A stretch of 62,868 bases of DNA, the filler included, from Chiloscyllium plagiosum (taxonomy: Eukaryota), in the NCBI RefSeq assembly GCF_004010195.1. It is 3 parts of one record of this genome, joined end to end, with 100 filler letters (N's around TTAATTAATTAA, not from the genome) between each part and the next. Parts side by side here need not be neighbours in the genome. Positions count along the whole stretch, not along the records: positions 1 to 29,730 come from NC_057713.1; positions 29,831 to 50,280 come from NC_057713.1; 1 more part is not named here. One strand, written 5' to 3'. Position numbers and translations under genes: made by a program. Positions 24,641 through 37,570 of this stretch are shown piece after piece (within the stretch, counting starts at the first letter, position 1; every line of letters begins with the position of its first letter). Below the pieces are notes generated by a model. That model was not told the origin of the DNA. It made no database searches and was given only the letters and a program-made list of their open reading frames with translations.

Positions 24641-27600
24641 CTAGTTCTAACTCCATGTGGGAGAAAGGGAGATTCAAGATAATGTCTGTTCATAAAAGAC
24701 CTGCTTTCAGAAGTAAGCTGCTCTTTCTAATGAATGGCATCTTGTTGCCCCAGTGCCCATGTAGTTGTGGTTTGCAAACTTGATAAAGAAAGGCTTACAT
24801 TCCTATAACAATTTAGAAGCTGCGACAGCAATATCTTTCAGAATGCAGTCAATATTGAAATGTTGAAACCAACTTGTGCAAAACAAGTTTTTAAAAACAG
24901 CAGTGTAACAAGTAGGTTTTTGATGTTGGCTGAATGTTATGGTGTTGAGATGTATCCTATCGAGCTGCACTTGTTTAGTCATTTGGATTCTGCCAAAGCC
25001 ACTCAGCTCCTGAACCTTTTTACAGCTTTGGTACAAAGATGGACAAAAGAGCTGAATTCCAGAGGGTCACTGACTGACTGACTGCCCCCAGCAGTAAACT
25101 AGCATTTGAGTGAGGGTGACATCATGGAGCTCTAGCAAAGCTGGAGTCAGTTGTAATCTATGGTGTGGGAGGGTTACAAGAGCAGGTCTGAGTGAGTAAC
25201 GAACTAACTGACATCCTGACTCTCAAACAAGGCGTAAACCTGGAGTGCTTGCTCCCCAAAACAAGGCACAAGCCAGTTGGAATGCTCGCTCCCCACTTTG
25301 CTGAATGAGACAAGTTCCAACAATACTCAAGAAGCTTGGCATCACCCAGGACAAAGCAGCCCACTTGATTGGCACCACATTCATAAACACTCACTCCCTC
25401 TACAACTGATGCACAGTAACAGCAGTGTGTACCACTTACAGGATGCATTACAGAAATTCACTTTCATGGGAACACCACCACCCGCAAGATTCCCTCCGAG
25501 CCAATCACCATCCTGATTTGGAAATACCACCATTCCTTCCTGTCGCTGAGTCAAAATCCTGGATCACCCACCCCAACAGCATTGTCGGTCAACCCACAGC
25601 ACATGGACTGCAGTGGGTCAAGAAAGCAACTTACTACCACCACCACCATGTCAAGGGCAATGAATGCTGGGCCAAGCAGGAATGTTGAGTTCCAATGAAT
25701 AAAGATAAAAGGATTCTGGGGAAAAGACCCCTGCTGTTTGACTATGGGGTCATTTTTGTATCCATCTGTGCCTTTTTTTTTCTGATCATTTGGCCGACCA
25801 GACCTCTGAGTGTCTGCTCCCTCAGTATGGCAGTTAACTAGGTTTGCCAGCCTTGTGTTCAAATGTATGAATTGGGACTTGAACCCACAATCAGCTAGTT
25901 CTAAGGGAAGCGAGTTCTAAGCTAACCTACAGATAAAGCTCAATGTGGAGGTACCTTCAATGTTCAGCAGCACCAGAACTGTCAGGTTGTGACAGCACTG
26001 TGTCTGGAGGCCTGTGGGGTTATGGCAAATGTCTGATTTTTAAGAAGATTGTGGATTACAGGAACCTCTGGAAAAGTTCTCTGGTTTTGGGAAGTCTTTG
26101 CAAAATGAGCCATGAATCCAGCCACTGATGTTGCCTGCCTTTTTGTAGTAAGGCCTTTTCCCTGCTAAGTTTCTTTTTAAACTTGCTACTGTATGAAGCA
26201 GCTTGGAACTGTTGGTTGTCAGAAAATTGGAATTTGGGCCACAATGTGAGATTTCAACAAGTCAGTAGAAGCTTGTTTTTGGAGGCAGATTTTATGGGCA
26301 TGCTTTTTTAATGAAGGAGGGAGTGAGAGACTTAGGAAGGATGATCCAAATCTAGATTACAATAACGGATGTATAGGGTGAAGTGTGAGAACATGGAGAG
26401 GGATGAGATTGTTGAGCAATTTGAACACAAGAACGAAAACTTTTTTACACTGGTATCTTGTGGGGCCTGACCGAGACATGGAGATGCGTGGTAGATCAGT
26501 ATTACCTCTCCATACCCTGTCGTTTTGAAGTTAACTTCAATATTTTAAATAACATCATCAATAAATACTCAATGGCTGCAACTGACCCACAAGACACAAC
26601 CTGGGTTCTAGCAGGTCTGTCTGTCAATGTCACGTTTTAGTTCTTTACCCTCCGTAACAATTTTGAGGCTATTGAATCTTTCCACTCTCTTTTCTTTAGA
26701 GAACTCTTCAATACTTTTTCTGTTTTCTTATGAAGAAATTCAATAGGTTTTGGCAGTATCTGTAGATCAAGAAACTCTGAATCTAATAAGTCCCCCTTCA
26801 GATCAGTTACGTAGAAAAGTCCTATAACTTTCTCTATGCCAAGACAGAGTCTCTCGCTCGCTCGCTCTCGCTCTCGCATACACAGTATTATATTTTACAT
26901 AACATTCCTTTCTCGGACTGTATTCCTGCCTCATTAAAAGTTATGAATCTAACTTAAAACATGAATTAATAAATAACCTACTCTGATTTTTAGAAAATGC
27001 CCACATTTTCACTGACCAATTTCCATGTATTATGGGGGTGAGGGACATAATGGTTGCTTTAGGAAGGAAATAAAACTAGATTAATCCAGTCTCTTTTTTT
27101 TTAAAAAGCCATTTCAAACATCTCCATGTATGAACATCAACCCAATACAGCACTGAATCTGCTTTTCTCTAACCCTTTAGGGACCACTCTGAGCTCAATC
27201 TGGAGATTGCACAATTGCATCATTTTCTGGCTTACATCTGCTATGAATTGAAGCAATACAGCAGGACACCTGCTGTGACCATCATTCTGCTATTCTGTTT
27301 GGTTGTCATACTTTTCCCCTGCTTTTTTAGACACTGGAGGGTATCATGTTCTGGAGGAATCTCTTGGTAGTAGCTTGGACAATAACTTTGATTTTGTTCG
27401 CGTGACAAATGATGTGAAAGTGTTCCGTCTCTCTAATACACCACTTGCTATAGTCTTCTCATCTGTACAGGGATTGTCCATTTTAGCTGTAAATGAGGGA
27501 GAGCAATGTCAATTGACATCTATCTTTTTAAACTTAATTTCAGCTGAATGTATTGTATGCTGTTTAAATTCTGTGTTGGTAGAAAGTCGTTCTTGCCTTG

Positions 27601-29294
27601 GCACCAGTACTAAATCATCTGCCTTGCTCCTTTCCCTGATCCTTTTGGACTTGGTTCCAGGCTCAAATGTTAGACTTACAAACATAAGCTACACTTTACA
27701 GTAATAAACATTGACCCTCTAGTGTATTCTTGGATAATTAGCATCATTGTTTCTGTATGAGAAAAGCCTCTAAACTGAGTTCGGTTAAGATTCAGATATT
27801 TGAAGTTATTTTGCAATTCCCTTTCCTCCTTCCTTTCCTAGCCAGAATTTTTATCTATCTTTCCCATCTCCCTGATTCAACTCCATCTCCTTTTTGTCCA
27901 TGCTGCCTACATCCTCCTCTGACCCTATTCTCACTGATCCACTGAACACCCAATGTTTCTCAGTGCCAATGTTCAACAATCTGCTAACACACATTCGAAT
28001 TGTCTCCATAAACTGCTCTCCTTTTCTCTCCCTGAAGATACATCTTTTAAAACCAACTATTTTTAGTAAGTTGTGTAAGAGTCTGAAGCTGAGGGAGGAA
28101 ATGAAGACCAATGATAAGGTAGGCAGGAGGCTGTAGGAACACAGGGAGCCAGGCAGCATCAGGAGGTGAAGAGGTTGATGTTTGAGTTAACATTTTAGTG
28201 GGAGGTGCAGATAAAGGGGGTGGTTGAGGCAAGGTGGTGAGGTGGGGATAGGTGAAGTCAGGCAGAGGGTACGACCTGCTTGTTCAATGGGAGGAATGGA
28301 TCTGTCTACTTTGGATTCCAACATTTAAAAAAATATATTTGTCTGTAACCAATAATGAGATACAGGCACTGTATGTGTATAACCACTGTGGGCATAATAA
28401 TCCTAATATAGTTTTGTGACCCAGTAACAAATTGTGCTAACTGTTAGCACACCTACAGTAAAGTTTTTATCTAAATACCAATAGGGTAATTAAGGGTTTT
28501 TTAAGCTAAGATGCTAAAGGACAAGATTTAAGTCCCACCTGCTTCCAGAGGTATTCAATGTCAAATGGGAACAGGTTAACTTAAAAAGTTCTGTTGGGTT
28601 GAAGGGGATGGGGGAAGAAACCATGCTCACTGGGCAGATTATAGATGGCGTTGGGCTATTTTTCTTTCAATTGAAGGGAGTTGCCTTTTGTAAATGGGAG
28701 TGGCTGCAGAATTTGCAATCTTGGTTATTGGCGATGTATTGTCTCTGCTTTCCTGGATAACTACAGCCCCAACAACACTCAAGAAGCTTAACGCTTTCCA
28801 GGACAAAGCAGCCCACTTGGGTGGCACCACACCCAGTAACATCCACTTCCTTCCACCATGCAGTAGCAACGTGTGCTGCAGAAATTCATCAAGGATCCTC
28901 AGGCAGCACCTTCTAACCCACAATCACTTTCATCTAGAAGGGCAAGGGCAGCAGCTACATTGAAATGCCATTACATTCAAGTTTACCTCCAAGCCACTCA
29001 CCATTCTGACTTGGAAATATATTGCCATTCCTTCACTGTCACTGAGTCAAAATCCTGGAATTTCCTCCATAAAGATGAGTCAATCTACAGCATGTGGACT
29101 GCTGCTGTTCAAGAAGGCAGCTCACTACCACCTTCTCAAGGGCAAATAGCATGGGTAATAATTGCTGGCCAGGAGTGATGCCAGGAGTGAATAAAAAAAA
29201 TTTCATTGAATGATTCAGTGTCTAGTTGTGAGGAATAGCTCTCCAGTTCCTAACATTATTTTTATATCACTGAAGTAGGACACTTGAATTGAAC

Positions 29295-29730
29295 TTCCTG
29301 TGGCCGAACATTTCAACTCCCCCTCCCACTCTGCCGAGGACATACAGGTCCTGGGCCTCCTTCACCGCCACCCCTCACCACCCGACGCCTGGAGAAAGAA
29401 CGCCTCCTCTTCCGCCTCAGAAGACTTCAATCCCAGGGCATCAATGTGGACTTCACCAGTTTCCTCATTTCTCCTCCCCCCCACCTTACCCAGTTCCAAA
29501 CTCCCAGCTCAACACCATCCTGATGACCTGTTCCATCTTTCCATCTTCCTTCCCATCTATTCACTCCACCTCCTCTCTGACCTATCACCTTTACCCCTTC
29601 CTCCATCAACCTCTTTCACTCTGAACTACCTTCTCCCCAGTCCCACCCCTTCCTATTTATCTCTCCACCCCCAAGGCTTCCAGCCTCATTCCTGGTGGAG
29701 GGTTTTTGCCTGAAACTTCGATTTTCCTGC
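29295..29730 (+). mobile_element. Penelope-like element 3' fragment (GIY-YIG C-terminus and pseudo-LTR) ending at a gap
   Basis: PVAEHFNSPSHSAEDIQVLGLLHR; pyrimidine-rich tract; degenerate hammerhead at about 29692-29720. Confidence 0.8.
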
Positions 29731-29830
29731 NNNNNNNNNNNNNNNNNNNNNNNNNNNNNNNNNNNNNNNNNNNNTTAATTAATTAANNNNNNNNNNNNNN
29801 NNNNNNNNNNNNNNNNNNNNNNNNNNNNNN
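29731..29830. other. Assembly gap with artificial linker (44 N + TTAATTAATTAA + 44 N)
   Basis: Identical 100-nt structure at 50281-50380; the 12-mer places stops in all six frames. Confidence 0.95.
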
Positions 29831-30089
29831 AATGTAGGATAATGGCTGATCTGATCATTACTTTTCCATGATCCCGCTAAATGGCTTACCTCTGCTCCAA
29901 CATCTTCATGGTCTTAAAGCATTTAGTCATTAGCTGTGGTAGAATCTCTGAGGATAAAGTTTATTTTTAATTTAGCACACTTTTCTTTTTAGGTGCAGTT
30001 TGAAGGAGACTTGATTGGGGTTCAAGTATAATCTCTCTTCTAGAAGGCTTTCATCATTTTCCTATCTTTAATCAAGCTGTTTGAAGAGA

Positions 30090-30172
30090 TGTTATTACCC
30101 ATCTCTGCAGCAGGTGGGACTTGAACTTGGGTCTCTGTTCAAGGGTAGACACGTTACCACTGTGCCACAAGA
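30090..30172 (-). mobile_element. Short tRNA-derived SINE head (related copies at about 4450-4540, 28520-28580 and 51800-51890)
   Basis: Reverse complement TCTTGTGGCACAGTGGTA...GTTCAAGTCCCACCTGC...GTAATAAC has Pol III A/B boxes and recurs in the window. Confidence 0.55.
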
Positions 30173-30190
30173 ACTCCACAAAAATGCCCT

Positions 30191-30260
30191 GTCAAGTGGG
30201 GAATTGAGCCACTGTCTCCTGCATAACAGGTGTGGAAACTAACCACTATATGAGCAAGGG
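30191..30260 (-). pseudogene. Degenerate tRNA-Asp-like sequence
   Basis: Reverse complement CCCTTGCTCATATAGTGGTTAGTTTCCACACCTGTTATGCAGGAGACAGTGGCTCAATTCCCC is colinear with vertebrate tRNA-Asp(GTC), with CpG-decay changes and a broken acceptor stem. Confidence 0.7.
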
Positions 30261-30373
30261 GCCTAAATAGTGAGCTTGGTTCATTTCGATCAGCAAGGGG
30301 CAACCATGTGTGTTACCTCGGTAATGAGGGAGCACCACAACGCTATTTAAGTTGGGGCTGCAAGCCAGTAAGT

Positions 30374-30448
30374 TGGGTCAGGATGGAATTTGAACCCATG
30401 GCTGTAGTGTTATTAGTACCGCACTCTAACCATCTGAGCTAAGTAAAC
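30374..30448 (-). pseudogene. Degenerate tRNA-Ile(AAT)-like sequence
   Basis: Reverse complement TTAGCTCAGATGGTTAGAGTGCGGTACTAATAACACTACAGCCATGGGTTCAAATTCC is colinear with tRNA-Ile(AAT), including the CTAATAA anticodon loop and A/B boxes. Confidence 0.7.
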
Positions 30449-30459
30449 AATGGCCTAAT

Positions 30460-30972
30460 CTCTCCTAGGAAAAGGAGACTTGTTCAGAGCAGTTAAGGAC
30501 GTAAGGTATCTCAGTGAAAGAGGTTTTAGCTTGTCAAAACCTCCAAACAGGGAGTGTTTTGTTAGACTTTCTCAGTTTAGAACAGTCCATACTATTCTAA
30601 TCTCAGGACTGAATATTTCAGGCAACATTTCATGGCCCTCAGGATAGGAACTGAGAAAGAGCAGTTTTACCAACAGTTTGGGTCGGGAACCAAGTGTTTT
30701 TTTTTTGAGCAACTGGGAAGTGACAGTTGTGGAAAAGATGGATTTTTGTTTTGTCATGTGTTTGAAATCTTTCAGATTTGTTTTCTGTTTAACTTGATAT
30801 GTTTATATTTTGTGTAATAAGCGTCTACCTTTATTAAGAACACGATTTGGTTTTTGTGGCTCAGTGAAAGGCTTTTTTAAAAAAAAAAGGGGAAAAGACC
30901 AATGATTTATCAAACTAGATTTCATTCGGGAACTGACTTTTTCCGATAGAAAAATTGGCTGGGATCATAAAA
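30460..30972 (+). mobile_element. Possible decayed solo LTR
   Basis: Ends ..AATTGGCTGGGATCATAA after an AATAA-like signal, resembling LTR 3' ends; no coding support. Confidence 0.25.
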
Positions 30973-31151
30973 CTATAAACTGGCTTGAGAGAAGCAAAAA
31001 TAAATGACAGAAGTCTATTTTTAAAAATAAGAAGTTTGGTCTGTTATTACAATAGTGTATTTGGCTCTAATCTGAGAATTCTGCTCCAAGATCCAAAGTG
31101 GAATCCCAATTCCTGAGTCTGAACGTCCTTATCCTGGTTGACATTGCTGAT

Positions 31152-31465
31152 TTAGATTAGATTCCCTACAGTGTGGAAACAGGTCCTTCAGCCCAACCAG
31201 TCCACACCGACCCTCCGAACAGTAACCCATCCAGACCCATTTCCCTCTGACTAATACACCTAACGATATGGGCAATTTAGCATGGCCAATTCACCTGACC
31301 TGCACATCTTTGGACTGTGGGAGGAAACTGGAGCACCCGGAGGAAACCCACGCAGACACAGGGAGAATGTGCAAACTCTCCACACAGAAGTCTCCCAAGG
31401 CTGGAATTGAACCTGGGACATGTTGTTGTGAGGCAGCAGTACTAACCACTGAGCCACCGTGCTAC
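31152..31465 (-). mobile_element. HE1-type V-SINE, full length
   Basis: Same consensus with an (AATCT)n tail. Confidence 0.9.
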
Positions 31466-34400
31466 CCCTAAGGTGCTAAAATGTTTTCAAGTATGTGGCA
31501 GGATTTACTGAGTAGTAAGTAACTAAGGGGAAACAGCGTTTCAACTTGAACATATCATCTGTGCTTGCTTTGTTAATTAACTAAACATAATGTTTAAAGC
31601 CAAACTATTTTACTTGTCTTTGCCCTTACATGTGTTTGTGCTTTAAGTCTACTACAGTTCTCCTCACCTGAGCGGCATTACATTTTTGAATACTTAAGAT
31701 TTTGGTGGGTCAAATGGGTCAATCTGTAGGAATTTGAGATGGTGAGTCCACATGGAGAATCCATTGCATTACTTCTGCGAGGGCTGCCATCTCTTCTGAC
31801 CAGTCTGCCTTTTAAAAAGTCTTGTTAGAGATTTTGTTTGGACCATGGTTTCCCTTAATGAAACTGAGTAGTATCTGAATTCTAATGTACGTATGTTATG
31901 TTCACCATGATCCTTTCAAAACAAATGAGAACAAACACTCCTATTTATCTGTGCCTCTTGTGTTTTAAATAAGGAATTAAATTCCTAGGTATCCAGGCTG
32001 TAATTGTGACAGTTTTATTTCTTACATTGCAATAACTAGACTGACATCCTAGTGGAGTACTGCTGTTAAGGGGTACTATCTTTCAGATGAGACATTTAAA
32101 TTGTGGTCCTGCCTATCCATTTTTGTATGTAAAGGATCCTGAGACAAGTATTTGAAGAATAATGGAGTTTTGGTTCTTAAATTTTTGTTTCTTTATTAAC
32201 GTGATGCACCTCCTGAGATGAATTGGGCTAGAAAATGGGACCCACTGGAGTCATTACCACTACAGCACAAAGTCCTTTTTATTGGTCCCCTGGTCAGTTA
32301 TCCAGCAATAAACTAAAATAGATGATCTGGTCATTATTCTAACTTTTTTTTGTGGTAGCTTGCTGTGTGTAAATTTTAATGCTGTATTTCTTGCATCATA
32401 AGTGACTAAATAGTTGTTAGTTAGTTGTAAAGTGCTTTGGTGTGCCCTAAGATAAGAAAGATGATTTAGAAATGCAAATCTGGTCACTCTTCAGACCTTT
32501 CCACTTGATCAGAGAGTAGGAATGCTTTATTCAGGTGTGTCTCCCCTGACACTGCAAGAGGCTGGTCCAGCTTTGTTCGACCTCCTCCTCAGGGCTGAAA
32601 TTTACTCCATTACACACATTGCAACTGGTGAAGTATATAGTTTTGATGGTTTGATATCTGTAGGGGAAAATAACCTGTGCACGATATGCATGTGTAAATC
32701 TAAAAATGAAGTTCTCGTGTGCACTTCAGCTGAGAATATTTAAGATTCATTTCATGCTTCAAGCAGACTGGGTTTGAATGCTCCTAACATTTATTCAATT
32801 GGTTTGTTTAATAGTGAATAACAAATGGAATTTCTCCAAGCTGGTCACAATGCAATAGCAGGCTGTCTAGTGTAATCTGAGTTTTATTTGAAATAATATT
32901 AGTCTGTGCTACTTAAACATTGAGGCTTAAGGACAAATAAGGAAAATATTTAAGGAGATCAACTGAATGTGTTTGAATATAAGCACTGTCACCTGAGCAG
33001 GATTAGTGCTTGTTGTTGCTTGACCTAAACCAGAGTCTCCACTTCGGATTTGTTCCTTTCTTTTTCAATCATCTATCAATTAGTCCTGTATTTTTCTCTG
33101 CCATTGTGAAGGGAACCGGTAATGGTGTTTGCTCTTCAATACACTACTGGCCTTTACTCTGCCTCCCAGTGTGCCTTGCTTGCTCTTGATGTAAAAGATT
33201 GTTTTGTTTTAAAATAATTTTCCCTTTTCAAGCATAATTTTATTTTTTCTATTGTATGGTTGGATTCTGATTTTTTTTTTTTTGGTCCTGAACGTGTAAT
33301 GAATTTGGACGCAAATGTTGCGAATCAACATTTGATTGAATAAGCGCATTTATGTCTAGATTTCTAGTAAGTGTTACTGCAGTGATTTATAAGCTGCTAG
33401 GCTATCCCTACCCCAGACATATAAGTAGTGTCTATATTGTCATCTCTTTTGATTTCTATCATTGGCAGCATTAGCTTTTATATAAGACTCGTCATTCCAT
33501 CTTTTGTAGGGGAGCATCCTAGACCAGTTTCTCACTTAGTGTAGGTGCAGAGGTTGGTTCGTTCTTGGAGACTGAGATTACAGGTTCCTAGTCAACTATG
33601 ATACCTGTGCTATTCACCAGTCTGAATTTGAACATATATAAGCTCACAAAGGTACCCATGGTTTCATCCATGGGACTAAACAACATCTGCGTTTTAAGAA
33701 ATGGTAGGAGTCTGTAGCACATCGTAAACTGAGCCCCATAACTCTTTAGAGTCATACCAAATTAAGTAACACACATACTTACCTGAATTTCAGACCAAGG
33801 TTGATAGAAAGCAAGGGCCGAGTTTCTGAACTAAGCAGGAGTTGCTATCTATTATAAATACACTGGACATCAGCTACAAGTGAACTAGAATAAATATTTG
33901 AGCAAAATTTTTGTCTGAGTCCTCTTTTCCATAGAGACGCAGAACAGAATTATTGGCAGATGTAGGGAAAACTGCCAAGTTAGTGGTTTTCTTTGCAGAT
34001 TCTCATATTGAGATGATCACTTCACTTCAGCTAGTCAAGCTGTTTGTATTCAGTTTTCCTTTTTCTGAAAACTTCCACTGGTTTATTAGTACACAATAAC
34101 TGACTCTCGGAAAGAAAATGTCTCTGATTTATCACTTCAGAAGTGACAGGTCACAGAAACTGTTCCAGGAAAAGGAACTGGTTTTACTCCAGTTAAAACT
34201 GAGTTTATTTTTACTGCAGAGAATGGACAGCTTCTGTTGGGGAGGACAACAGTGTACACTTTATTTTTGTCTGCAATTTGTTCCCAGTTCTAGCTTGCTA
34301 GTTATCTAAGAACCAATCCACTTCTTTCATAAACAACTCCTTTGATCATCACACTGCAGGAAGCCAAAGCCACAAAACAAGTTCACTGTTTTGTTTCCCT

Positions 34401-34763
34401 CGCTGTGAAATTATGCATGAAAAATCAATTTTTTTACAAGTTGCAGGCCTCCAGTTTTTTTCTTTTAAAAGACAATAAAAACAAAGCCAGTTCTTAGACC
34501 TTACCCAAAGCTGAACGCTGCCCACAATAATAGAGATTGCCATGCACAATGGTTGGCACACTTGGGCCAAGGGCAATAAGTATAAATACAGGATCTCCAC
34601 TGGAAAAGGACAGTCATTCAAGGAGCTCAGACCAGCAGCATGCAATGTATAGTCCACATAACTGAGGGAGTTGTACATGGGAACATGGTCCCACTTGAGA
34701 TTAACTGTCCATCATTGCATTGATTGGGTTCATCCCACTGAAGGAGGTAATAATTGAAGAGGT

Positions 34764-35033
34764 AAAAAGAAAGCGAGGACTGCTGTTGCTGGAAAAGCGC
34801 CGCAGGTCAGGCAGCATCCAAGGAGCAGGAGAAGGGCTTATGCCCAAAACATCGATTCTCCTGCTCCTTGGATGCCTGACCTGTGCTTTTCCAGCAACAC
34901 CTTTTCAGCAAGCTGGAAAAGCGCAGCAGGTCCAGCAGCATCCAAGGAGCAGGAGAAGGGCTTATGCCCAAAACATCGATTCTCCTCCTTGGATGCTGCC
35001 TGACCTGTGCTTTTCCAGCAACACCTTTTCAGC
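34764..35033. mobile_element. Tandem double-hairpin of Penelope pseudo-LTR pieces with a 15-bp TSD
   Basis: AATAATTGAAGAGGT at 34749-34763 and 35034-35048 flanks two fold-back units. Confidence 0.85.
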
Positions 35034-37463
35034 AATAATTGAAGAGGTGTCTAGGTCAATAGTTCTCAAGCCTATGACCTGTGAATCTTCCAATTCTGAA
35101 TAAAATGAAAATTGTAAAATCTTAAGAATAACAATCTTGGATGGGAGGGATGGGGATAGATGAGAGAGTTGGGTAGTCGTGACTGTGCGACTGTTGGCAC
35201 AAGCTTCTGCACAACTATCATGATATGTAAGGTAAAGGTTCTCGAAGGTTAATGCTGATTTCTGCAACAGCTCCATCAAACATGGATTTCTCTAATTGCG
35301 CAGCTCGTCCTCTCCACTCTCTCACGCAGTCTCATTTCTGTATTGCAATGGAGTACTAGAAAAGCAGAAAATAGGAGTAGCAGTAAATCATCTGGCCACT
35401 CTGAGGCTACCCTGCCACTCCGTATTATCATGGCTGATCATCCTATTCAGTGCCCTGTTCCTGGTTTCTCCCTGTACCCTTAATCCCTTTTTAGTTCTGA
35501 GAACTATCACTAACTAGTCAAACCAGATTGTGAAGTGGAACTTGAATTATGATCTTGGACTCAAGTGTGTACTATTCAGTGAGTCATAATTGACCTTTAT
35601 TTTAGCTGATTAAACTTCATCCACTGGAGTTTAAATTTACAATCAGTGTTGTTGACAATTGCATGGGTCTTGGTTGAAGTACTAAATGCACTTGACAACA
35701 GAAGTTGACCTGAAATGTATGTGGTCAGTTTTGGCAGGTATTGCCCAGTTGCCACCCTAGTCATCAAAATGTAATTTGGGTAAGGTCACTTTTAAAATTG
35801 GCTCCACTTTTTTTTGTTTGAACTCAAAGTTGAGAAGGTTAAGCAGTGATCTGAGCAAGTCATTAACAATGTTAGTTGGATTTATTTCAAGAAATGTTTT
35901 GGGTTAAATCCTCAACTGAAAGGGCATAATTGTAATTGCAGTTGGGTGAATTTGGGCTGCAGTCAGGAACGTTTTCTCATAAATAGTAATGAAAATAGAG
36001 AATTCTTTCTTGGAAAAATCAGAGCAAGCTATAACTTCAAAGACTGAAGTCAACAAATATACCCCATCAATATTTGAATATGGAATGAAACAGGAAGATT
36101 TAAGTTGAACAGTTTAGCGATGACTTCTAGAAGTTCTCCAGAAGTTGCTAAGAGGTTTGCCTTTATATAAAACTCAGTACCACTTCAAAATGCCCCAATA
36201 ATAACTTAATTCTTCTGACATGATGATTATATGAACCAGCTACTGCATTTCCAATATTATGTATAGATGGCCCTCTCTACAGCAATGTGATCATGACAGT
36301 AACTTGCTTGTGATATTTGTAGGCTGAGTGATAAAGATTGATCAGGACCCCAGGGAGAATATCCCTGCACTACTTTGAACTAGCACTGTGGGATCTTCTC
36401 ACTACACCACCCAGGGTAGATGAGGCTTCAGTTTAACATTTAATCTGAAATATAGCATCTCCAACTGATATGGCAACCCTCCCCTCCGTAGTTGCAATTG
36501 TGTCCACCCAGATTTCTGTGCATCAGGCTCTGGAGAGGAACTTTGAACCACAATCTCCTGACCCTGAAAGGTATGCCCATCAAACCAGGGCTGACACAAA
36601 ATCAAACTGCTGAGTTTCTCCAGCGGTCACTGTGCTTATGTGTTTCAGACAGGAGCCTGGAAGAACACAGCAAGCCAGGCAGCATCAGGTGGTGTGTTCT
36701 TCTAGCCTCCTGCCTGTTCAATTTGGATTCCAGCATCTGCTGTTTCTCCTTTTTTTTTATTTTTGACTCTAACGTTCTGTGTTTCAGAGCAGGCATACAT
36801 TTTTTGTTTTGATAATGTTTAAAAATTCCTCAGTATGTATTTTGGTTTATTCAGTTGAAGATACATTCATGACTCTGAAAGAATGTGTTAATGTATAAAA
36901 TTCTAAAGATTGATTTATTGCTCTGCACAGTTGCTCTTTAAAATGGCCTAGATGCCGTTAAGAATGTTTTTGCCCTGAAAGGGAATTAGTACAGAGATAT
37001 ATCTATATATGTATCTCTCAAAGTATGAGGTTGTCTTAACAAGAATATTATCAGAATTTTTTGATTAACTGTCTTTACTTCAACTTCCCAAAAATCCAAT
37101 ATGCAATGACATTTTAGCTTTGAAAAAGGTTTGGATTAAGACAAAGTAATTGAAATAAAGATCTATTTCAACTTGTTCCAAGAACAGTTGGAATACAGCT
37201 GGAAGCCAACATGATTTTTGCACTGTTGATTTAAAGTTTATGGACTGTCTAACTTTGATTTTGGCAGTGTGATGCTGAGCTCCAGGTTTGAGCACTGTGT
37301 TGTGTGCTCACTTCACTTTAGTGAACAGTAATGACACTAAAACTGGATGATGGGTGACCTCCACAAGGGGATTTTATTTCAAGTGCTCAGTCTAATTTAA
37401 AATCTTCATCTGGTGTTAGTTTGAGTTTGTGATAATGTTTGTGGGGTACATGAGGATGCACTA

Positions 37464-37570
37464 GTCCTCGCTTCGGCAGCACATATGCTAAAATTGGAAC
37501 GATACAGAGAAGGTTAGTATGTGCCCTGCACAAGAATGACATGCAAATTTGTGAAGCGTTCCATATTTTT
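37464..37570 (+). pseudogene. RNU6: Full-length U6 snRNA retrocopy, fused to a CR1 3' end
   Basis: 107 nt colinear with vertebrate U6 (GTcCTCGCTTCGGCAGCACATAT...GATACAGAGAAG...GAAGCGTTCCATATTTTT) with about 10 substitutions, several of CpG-decay type. No canonical TATA box upstream. Confidence 0.95.

Noticed and set aside
26848..26878. (CTCG)/(CT) microsatellite giving ORF start MRERERASER
   Set aside because: Simple repeat with no coding evidence.
29775..29786. TTAATTAATTAA island inside Ns (also 50325-50336)
   Set aside because: Identical 44N-12-44N layout at both gaps; it is a scaffolding linker, not biology.
37464..37570. Functional U6 gene
   Set aside because: About 10 substitutions, no evident TATA/PSE upstream, and direct fusion to a LINE tail.
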